Below, one piece after another: positions 9,497 through 16,220 of a stretch of 49,266 nt of DNA (positions are counted from its first letter, which is position 1; each line of letters opens with the position of its first letter). The notes under the pieces were generated by a model, which searched no databases, was not told the origin of the DNA, and worked only from the letters and a program-made list of their open reading frames with translations. This DNA comes from a bacterium (GTDB lineage Bacteria > SZUA-182 > DTGQ01). The DNA is taken from the NCBI GenBank assembly GCA_040752695.1, contig JBFMGO010000005.1, positions 53,783 through 103,048 on the forward strand. Reading direction: 5' to 3'. A program made the position numbers and the translations under genes.

Positions 9497-11446
9497 GTGA
9501 AAATGAAGCCCGGATCATCACTTGGGGAACTGGCCGGTTTAAAGAAGTATTTCCTTCGCTTTAAAACTGCCTATGTTCTCGGATTTCTATCGCTTGTTCT
9601 GACCAGTATCTTTACCCTGCTTATCCCATGGATACTCAGAAGGGCAATTGACGGCATCAAGGCGGGGATCGGTCCTGACACACTGTTGCGGTATGCTGGC
9701 CTGATAGTCCTTTTTGCTCTCGTTCAGGGATTCTTCAGGTTCTGGATGCGCAACATCCTGATTGGCACATCCCGGAAGATCGAGTACGAATTACGGAATG
9801 AATTTTTCGCTCATCTCCAGACCCTCTCCATCTCTTTTTTCCAAAAGAGGCGAACGGGAGACCTCATGTCTCTCGCCACCAATGACCTCAATGCAGTCCG
9901 CAATTTGCTCGGTCCCGGACTCATGTACTTTGCCCATACCCTGGTCCTGTTTCCCATGGATTTCGGTTTTATGATTGCCACCAACTGGAAATTGACCCTC
10001 TCGATCATTATCCTTTTTCCCATAATTTCTTTCCTGGTCATGAAACTCTCGCGCAGACTTCATGTCCGCTTCAAAGAAGTGCAGGAGCAATTCTCCACGA
10101 TCAACACCCAGATTCAAGAGAATTTTGCAGGGATCAGGGTCATACAGGCCTATGCCAGAGAGGAATGGATGGCTCAGGAGTTTCAGCGGGCCAATGATGT
10201 ATATCTGCACAAAAATATGGAACTGGCCAAAATCGCAGGGATATTTCATCCCATGATGTCGTTCCTGACCGGCATCTTCCTGCTGCTGATCCTCTGGATA
10301 GGAGGCGGGCAAGTGATTCACGGACAGATGAGCATCGGAGGGCTGGCCGCTTTTATCGGCTACCTGGGGCTGCTCCTGTGGCCGGCCGTGGCCCTTGGAT
10401 GGGTAATCAACCTTTTCCAGCGTGGATCGGTTTCCATGGGCAGGATCAACGAAGTGCTGCGGACCGAGCCGGAAATCCGCGACCCGGAAATCCGTGATTC
10501 GGCCCCAGAGGAAACTCATGATCCTAAGGAGATTCATAATCCCGCGAAAATTCATAATCCTAAGACGATTCACGATCCTGAGGAAATTCACGATCCTGAG
10601 GAAAGCCACCACCCTGCTGAAAATTACGGCTTTGCCACTTCCATGCGAGGGGGAAACGCAACTCCCCTACGGGAGGATATTGATGTACCCATGCGGGGGG
10701 AAATTGAAATGGACCATGTTGACTTTGCCTATGCTCCTGAAGGCCCCAAGGCTCTTTCGGATATATCCTTGCGGATCAGACCGGGCGAGTCGATAGGGCT
10801 TGTCGGCAGGACAGGATCGGGGAAAAGCACTTTGGCTAACCTTATTCCCCGGCTATTCGATGTGACAGCCGGAGAAATCAGAATCGACGGAAAGCCGATC
10901 GGTCAAATTCCGCTCAAGTATCTGCGGGAAAACATCGGGTACGTTCCACAGGAAACCTTTATCTTTTCCGACTCAATCGGACGGAATATCGGATTCAGTC
11001 TTAGCCAGGAGAATATGGATCAGGTCAGGGAGGCCGCCTTCTTCTCTCATCTTCTGGATGACATCGAGGGATTTCCGCATAAATTTGAAACCATGATCGG
11101 CGAGCGGGGCATTACGCTTTCCGGCGGACAAAAGCAGCGTCTGGCCATATCACGGGCACTTATCCGCAGGCCGCCGATTCTGATCCTGGATGATGTCTTC
11201 TCCAGTGTGGACCTGCAGACCGAGCATCACATTTTACAGAAGATCAGCCGGGTAATCGAGGGCCGAACCTGTCTGATCATTGCCCACAGGCTGTCCGCAG
11301 TCAGGGACTGCCAGAGGATCTATGTCCTGGATAAGGGAAGGATCGTGGAGTCAGGCACCCACCGGGAGTTAATCGAACTCAATGGGTTATACGCTCAAAC
11401 CTATCAGAAACAATTACTCACTCAGGAGCTCGAAGATGAAGGATAA
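9497..11446 (+). CDS. ABC exporter half-transporter (TMD+NBD), MdlA/YheI-like, degenerate Walker B
   Basis: 6-TM domain, GRTGSGKS, LSGGQKQR, ILILDD; His/Pro repeat insertion in the linker. Confidence 0.9.
   Translation: MKMKPGSSLGELAGLKKYFLRFKTAYVLGFLSLVLTSIFTLLIPWILRRAIDGIKAGIGPDTLLRYAGLIVLFALVQGFFRFWMRNILIGTSRKIEYELRNEFFAHLQTLSISFFQKRRTGDLMSLATNDLNAVRNLLGPGLMYFAHTLVLFPMDFGFMIATNWKLTLSIIILFPIISFLVMKLSRRLHVRFKEVQEQFSTINTQIQENFAGIRVIQAYAREEWMAQEFQRANDVYLHKNMELAKIAGIFHPMMSFLTGIFLLLILWIGGGQVIHGQMSIGGLAAFIGYLGLLLWPAVALGWVINLFQRGSVSMGRINEVLRTEPEIRDPEIRDSAPEETHDPKEIHNPAKIHNPKTIHDPEEIHDPEESHHPAENYGFATSMRGGNATPLREDIDVPMRGEIEMDHVDFAYAPEGPKALSDISLRIRPGESIGLVGRTGSGKSTLANLIPRLFDVTAGEIRIDGKPIGQIPLKYLRENIGYVPQETFIFSDSIGRNIGFSLSQENMDQVREAAFFSHLLDDIEGFPHKFETMIGERGITLSGGQKQRLAISRALIRRPPILILDDVFSSVDLQTEHHILQKISRVIEGRTCLIIAHRLSAVRDCQRIYVLDKGRIVESGTHRELIELNGLYAQTYQKQLLTQELEDEG
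10508..10615 (+). repeat. Six in-frame 18-nt repeats encoding xxIHDP-like units
   Basis: GAGGAAACTCATGATCCT / AAGGAGATTCATAATCCC / ... / GAGGAAAGCCACCACCCT; preceded by PEIRD x2. Confidence 0.9.
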
Positions 11447-11447
11447 A

Positions 11448-11543
11448 GGAAAGATCAGCGGAAAGACCGGAGAAAAGAACAGAGGAAAAATCAGCGGAAA
11501 GATCAAAGGAAAGATCAAAGGAAAGATCAGAGGAAAGGGCGAG
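11448..11543 (+). repeat. Eight 12-nt tandem repeats (GGAAAGATCANN) between the ABC genes
   Basis: ggaaagatcagc, ggaaagaccgga, gaaaagaacaga, ggaaaaatcagc, ggaaagatcaaa x2, ggaaagatcaga, ggaaagggcgag. Confidence 0.9.
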
Positions 11544-11561
11544 GAAGGATTGCCATAAGCG

Positions 11562-13334
11562 ATGCACAACCAATTCCAAAGCGATGAAATCCAGGGGAAG
11601 ATCTATGATTGGAAGCTGATCCGGCGGCTTTTGCATTACCTTAAGCCCTACTGGCTCCTCCTGATCACGGCGCTGACCTTCCTCCTTTTAGTCTCCGGCC
11701 TGGAGCTTGTGGGTCCTTATCTGGTCAAAGTCGCCATCGACACCTGTATCAAGTCGGCTGATTATGCCGGGCTCATTAAAATCTGCATTCTTTTTATGCT
11801 GATCCTGCTCTTCAAATCCGCTTTTAACTTCCTGGAAATTTATTTCACGCAGTTAATAGGCCAAAGGATTATCCGCGATGTGCGAATGGATCTGTTTACC
11901 CATGTCCAGTCCCTGTCTCTCGGCTTCTTCGATCACTACCCGGTAGGCAGAATCATGACCCGGATCGGTAACGATGTGGAGGTCATCAACGAGATGCTCT
12001 CGGATGGGGTATTGATGGTAATAGGAAATGTTCTGACCCTTTTGGGCATCTTCCTGGTTATGCTCTGGATGGATGTTCGCCTGACACTGGTGACCTTTTC
12101 CATTCTTCCCCTGGTAATCTGGGCAAGCATGAAATTTCGGACAGGAGTGCGGGAAGCCTTCCGGGAGATCCGGGAAAAAATCGCCAAGATCAACTCCTTT
12201 ATGCAGGAAAACATTACCGGCATGAAGGAGGTGCAGCTCTTTGGCAGGGAAGAGCAACACTTTCGCCAATTTGACAAGATTAACCGCGCGCATCAGGATG
12301 CCTATTTGAAGGCGATTTTTTATTATGCCCTCTTTTTCCCCTTCATCGAGATTCTGGCCTCGATTTCAACAGCCCTGATCATATGGTATGGCGGGCTCAA
12401 GGCTTTTCAGGGTACATTGACCATCGGCCTTTTGGTGGCCTTTATCGAATATATGGGCAGGTTCTTTCGTCCGGTCAGGGAATTAAGCGAAAAGTATAAC
12501 CTTTTGCAGGCCACCATGGCCTCGGCGGAAAGAATTTTCGGCCTTCTCGACACCCGGCAGCAGGTAGTGATATCGTCCGGCCCAAAACCGTTTCCCGGCT
12601 TGCAGACAGATATTGTCTTCGACCGGGTCTGGTTTGCCTACGATGGAGATAACTACGTGCTCAAAGACGTGTCTTTCCGTCTGCCGCGGGGAAAGACCAT
12701 GGCCATTGTCGGCACGACGGGAGCCGGCAAGACATCTATCGTCAATCTGCTTGGGCGCTACTACGATTTTCAGCACGGACGGATTCTGATCGATGGCGTG
12801 GACATTCGCGAATACGACCTCAAGGAGCTCCGGTCGGCCATGGCAATGGTTCAACAGGATGTGTTTTTGTTTTCAGACAGTATTCTCCATAATATAACCC
12901 TGGCCAATACCTCGATCAATCTGAAGAAAGTCCGACAGGTTGCCGAATATATTAATGCCAGCACCTTTATTGAACAGCTTCCGGAAGGCTATCATCAGGT
13001 TATGTCCGAGAGAGGAAATACCCTCTCGGCAGGACAAAGGCAATTGCTGGCCTTTGCCAGGGCTCTGGCTGCAGGTCCGGATATTCTGATCCTGGATGAA
13101 GCAACAGCCAATGTGGATTCGGAAACCGAGAGCCTGATCCAGGATGCACTTAAGAAACTAGTGCGAAACCGGACCTCTATTATTATTGCTCATCGGTTAT
13201 CGACCATTACCGATGCAGATCAGATTCTTGTGCTGCATAAAGGGCGAGTTGCTGAAGAGGGCACCCATAGCAGCCTGCTGCAAAAAGAGGGGATCTACAG
13301 GAAACTCTACGAAATGCTGGTCTGGAAGCATTGA
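11562..13334 (+). CDS. ABC exporter half-transporter, MdlB/YheH-like partner subunit
   Basis: GKIYDWKLIRRLL N-terminus, GTTGAGKT, degenerate signature LSAGQRQL, ILILDEAT, AHRLST. Confidence 0.9.
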   Translation: MHNQFQSDEIQGKIYDWKLIRRLLHYLKPYWLLLITALTFLLLVSGLELVGPYLVKVAIDTCIKSADYAGLIKICILFMLILLFKSAFNFLEIYFTQLIGQRIIRDVRMDLFTHVQSLSLGFFDHYPVGRIMTRIGNDVEVINEMLSDGVLMVIGNVLTLLGIFLVMLWMDVRLTLVTFSILPLVIWASMKFRTGVREAFREIREKIAKINSFMQENITGMKEVQLFGREEQHFRQFDKINRAHQDAYLKAIFYYALFFPFIEILASISTALIIWYGGLKAFQGTLTIGLLVAFIEYMGRFFRPVRELSEKYNLLQATMASAERIFGLLDTRQQVVISSGPKPFPGLQTDIVFDRVWFAYDGDNYVLKDVSFRLPRGKTMAIVGTTGAGKTSIVNLLGRYYDFQHGRILIDGVDIREYDLKELRSAMAMVQQDVFLFSDSILHNITLANTSINLKKVRQVAEYINASTFIEQLPEGYHQVMSERGNTLSAGQRQLLAFARALAAGPDILILDEATANVDSETESLIQDALKKLVRNRTSIIIAHRLSTITDADQILVLHKGRVAEEGTHSSLLQKEGIYRKLYEMLVWKH

Positions 13335-13475
13335 CAATCCAGGCTCAACCCGGCTGGGGTGGCTATCTGGATGCATCGACAACCCGGTGATCTGAAAACA
13401 TCGACAAATCCGTTACCTGGAAACATCGGCGGGATGCATTGACAAACCAGCTATCTGGATGCATTGACAAATCGG
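13322..13475 (+). repeat. About six degenerate copies (~25-nt period) of the ABC gene's terminal codons
   Basis: CTGGAAGCATTGACAA (contains the TGA stop) recurs at 13367, 13392, 13417, ~13430 and 13455. Confidence 0.8.
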
Positions 13476-13491
13476 GAAAAGGGTGGTATCT

Positions 13492-13589
13492 ATTTTAGGT
13501 GTACAATTTTAGGTGTATAGTTTTTGTGTTATAGTTTTAGGTGTACGATTTTAGTTGTATCATCTAGGTTGTATGATTTTAGTTGTATG
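13492..13589 (+). repeat. Seven 14-nt tandem repeats (ATTTTAGGTGTAYN consensus)
   Basis: Exact 14-nt period from 13492 to 13589. Confidence 0.9.
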
Positions 13590-13679
13590 AATTTTTTGCA
13601 GTACAAATTCACGTACATGTAGCCGCAGGGAGTAGATAAGCCGTTCACTTCATGTTTTTCAGCAATAAGGAGATGATCT

Positions 13680-14129
13680 ATGCAATTCAGGCTTACCCAA
13701 TTGACGCAACTGGTTATTCTCAATCTCGTTTTATTGATACTCACCTTATTCACAGCGGGGATCATCTCGACGAACGCTCAGGCAGCCCAGAAAGCTGACC
13801 AGAAGAACGATAAAACAGCCCAGCAGATAGAGACCGGTAAAAAAATTTTCGATGAGGTGAATTGCCTCTTGTGTCACCTTCTGAATGGAGAGGGCGGGGA
13901 CGGAAAAGGTCATCCGTTGAATGATTCCAAGGATCTGGCTGGTGTAGGTGTCCGCAGGGACCAGGCAAGCCTGCGGAAATGGCTGCAAACCCACCTCTTT
14001 GAAGAGCCGAGAATCGACATGTTCGAGGAAGATCCTACTGATGCGGATATCGAAGCACTGGTTCAATATCTGTCTACTCTGAAAACTCCGCCAAGCGCCG
14101 AAGCAGTTCAAAGAGCAACCACCAAATAA
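13680..14129 (+). CDS. Periplasmic monoheme class I cytochrome c
   Basis: Signal peptide, G..IF..NCLLCH heme motif, DL.GVG, distal Met, 'IEALVQYLSTLK' C-terminal helix; RBS AAGGAG. Confidence 0.85.
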   Translation: MQFRLTQLTQLVILNLVLLILTLFTAGIISTNAQAAQKADQKNDKTAQQIETGKKIFDEVNCLLCHLLNGEGGDGKGHPLNDSKDLAGVGVRRDQASLRKWLQTHLFEEPRIDMFEEDPTDADIEALVQYLSTLKTPPSAEAVQRATTK

Positions 14130-14242
14130 GTCAATCATGCAGGTCAATAGAGCAGGTCTCAATCTAAGGATAGCAAACAGGTATGTTAATTTAGTTATGT
14201 CCAATCAGGTTGTCAGCCGAGGATGTCGTCAATCAGGCAAGA

Positions 14243-14320
14243 CAAACAGGTATGACAATCGGGTATGCCAACCAGGTATGCCAACCGAGTATGGCAACCG
14301 AGTATGGCAACCGAGTAAAG
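14243..14320 (+). repeat. Six 13-nt tandem repeats (CAACCRRGTATGN)
   Basis: caaacaggtatga caatcgggtatgc caaccaggtatgc caaccgagtatgg x2 caaccgagtaaag; extra copy at 14174. Confidence 0.9.
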
Positions 14321-14377
14321 GATTTTCTAAAAGATAGGGTTTTTCCCAAAAGATACTATACCTGTTTTGATAGAGAA

Positions 14378-14438
14378 AAGTCAGGAGCCAGAATCGAAAA
14401 TTCGAAATAGGAAGAATTTTCATTCTGGCTCCTGACTT
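14378..14438. repeat. Long hairpin (17-bp perfect outer stem plus 8-bp inner stem), followed by short TGAAT-type repeats; possible terminator
   Basis: AAGTCAGGAGCCAGAAT / ATTCTGGCTCCTGACTT; inner GAAAATTC / GAATTTTC. Confidence 0.75.
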
Positions 14439-14517
14439 CTGAATTTTTGAATTCCGGCTCTTGAATTCCGGGTTCTGCATCCTGAATCAGGAATCCAAGA
14501 TTCTGAATAGAAAGGCT

Positions 14518-15117
14518 ATGAAAGAGTTCGAGAATTACCCGTTTTATATTCCTTTTTTACGAAATCTGTTCAACCTTGGCCTCCTGACCATTGGGATCTG
14601 GACCCTTGGCGGGATACACCCCTGGCTGGCCATTCTATATGGCCTCTACTGTCTGGCCGCTGCTACCCTGATTATGCCGGGGCTGCGCTGCACCCGCTGT
14701 TTTTATCATGGCAGGCGGTGCAGTACCGGATTTGGACTGGTTGCCGGCCTCATCTACCGGAAGGATACTCGCCATACCTTCACTGACGGGATATGGCACA
14801 ATGTATTTCTTTTGCCCATCGGCCTTTTTCCCCTTGGAGGGGCCTTATGGCGGATTCTTTTCTGGAAGGACAGCCTGAGTCTGTGGCTGGGCTTTGGGCT
14901 TATCCTGACCTTAGCGGGGCTTTTGACCGAACATGCAAACCTGGGCTGTAGACACTGCCGTGAGCTGGCAGGATGCCCGGCCCGATGGGTCGTGGCCTCC
15001 CCTGCTCCTCAGTCTGCTCCACCACAGCCATCCAGCCAAGGATCACCGAACCCGTCCATCGCAGAATTACCCATTGCAGAACTACCTGCCGAAAGACCAA
15101 CGGGCGAAGAACCATAA
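14518..15117 (+). CDS. Hypothetical ~4-TM membrane protein with two Cys clusters and a Pro-rich tail
   Basis: CTRCFYHGRRC and CRHCRELAGCP motifs; start moved to ATG 14518. Confidence 0.75.
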   Translation: MKEFENYPFYIPFLRNLFNLGLLTIGIWTLGGIHPWLAILYGLYCLAAATLIMPGLRCTRCFYHGRRCSTGFGLVAGLIYRKDTRHTFTDGIWHNVFLLPIGLFPLGGALWRILFWKDSLSLWLGFGLILTLAGLLTEHANLGCRHCRELAGCPARWVVASPAPQSAPPQPSSQGSPNPSIAELPIAELPAERPTGEEP

Positions 15118-15174
15118 TAACCACGTAAGGCCAATACAAAGCGAAGCAAAAAACAGAATTCCACCAGACAAAAG

Positions 15175-15308
15175 GGGAGCATTACCAAATTGTTACGATG
15201 CCCATGTTTCCTGGGGATCGCGGGCAGGCTCTTCTGTCTGCCTTTGACAGTACAGCTTGTAAATATGCGCTAAGCCAGCCCCCGCCGTAACAAACTGGTA
15301 ATGCTCCC
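15175..15308. mobile_element. MITE-like 134-bp element with 23-bp terminal inverted repeats
   Basis: Left GGGAGCATTACCAAATTGTTACG vs reverse complement of the right end GGGAGCATTACCAGTTTGTTACG (21/23); no coding capacity; no clear target-site duplication. Confidence 0.5.
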
Positions 15309-15431
15309 TGTCGAACTCAGGTTAAATTACCTTTGCATCCAGGCTGAGGAGATACAGAGCGTTTATGTGAATGAAATATAAGAGGGATGAAAGGTAGGGG
15401 TTGGCGGAATCCAACGTTTTTTGATGGGTAA

Positions 15432-15857
15432 TTATGACAAGGATGAAAGCGATATTAAAAACTCGTCAGGCTTCATAATCGGTATTCCTCGAAATGGGCT
15501 AAGGCTCAGTAAGTGTTCATCCCCACTGACAATACAGGTAGCGCCACCACTGACCGCAAGTTCTAAAAACATATCATCCTTTGGATCGGAGCAGGCGTTA
15601 ATGTACTCAGTAATCTCTATCATTATCGCCTCCGTAATCAGTGCAGCCATAAACCGCTCCCGTTCTTCCTCAAGCAAGTATCGCTCGAATTTTTTCCGTC
15701 TCAACACCTCGTTCAGTTCCATTACGGCTGGCAGAAACAGTAAAATCACACCCTGCTCAAGAGCCAGATAGAATGCCTGCCCTGGCTTGGAATTTTTGAA
15801 CAGGAGGGCACTCATGAGTACATTAGTGTCGAAAACATAACGCCCATTACTCTTCAT
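15432..15857 (-). CDS. PIN-domain (VapC-like, PIN_3) toxin
   Basis: VFDTNVLMSA, EL.EVL.R.KF, C.DPKDDMFLELA, IVSGD.HLL; acidic catalytic residues present. Confidence 0.88.
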   Translation of the reverse strand: MKSNGRYVFDTNVLMSALLFKNSKPGQAFYLALEQGVILLFLPAVMELNEVLRRKKFERYLLEEERERFMAALITEAIMIEITEYINACSDPKDDMFLELAVSGGATCIVSGDEHLLSLSPFRGIPIMKPDEFLISLSSLS

Positions 15858-16082
15858 CAAGGATTGACCTTAGAATTTCTGGAGTTAATCCTCTTTCCTG
15901 TGCTTTCTGACTGATCTCACCCATGATTGCTTTCAGGGAATCACGGGTCTTAATAACTTCGGTGAGCGGATACTGAGCAGTGCTTCCAATTTCCGCCTGT
16001 CTTGTGCTGAGGCAGATTTGAAAGCACGTGCGGCTTCAGCATCAACCTGAATGGTGATTTGTTCGGTTTCCATATTTTTCAT
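15847..16082 (-). pseudogene. Cognate antitoxin with a 1-nt deletion frameshift at ~15966
   Basis: METEQITIQVDAEAARAFKSASAQDRRKLEALLSIR continues in a shifted frame as (L)TEVIKTRDSLKAIMGEISQKAQERGLTPEILRSILDEE*, whose stop overlaps the toxin start; 227 nt from ATG 16073 to stop. Confidence 0.8.
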
Positions 16083-16220
16083 GCTCCTGTACGCATCACT
16101 AAGTTCTGTAAACCCTGGTAAGACAGCTCACTATCAATTATATCTTATACGATGGCTAAAATACACATCGAAAAACTTACACTAAAAATTGTGAGAGCCG
16201 AATAGTGTAAACCCCGCCGA

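Noticed and set aside
13322..14320. Repeat arrays as CRISPR (also 19023-19136)
   Set aside because: Units are head-to-tail, 13-25 nt and degenerate, with no unique spacers; no cas genes in the window.
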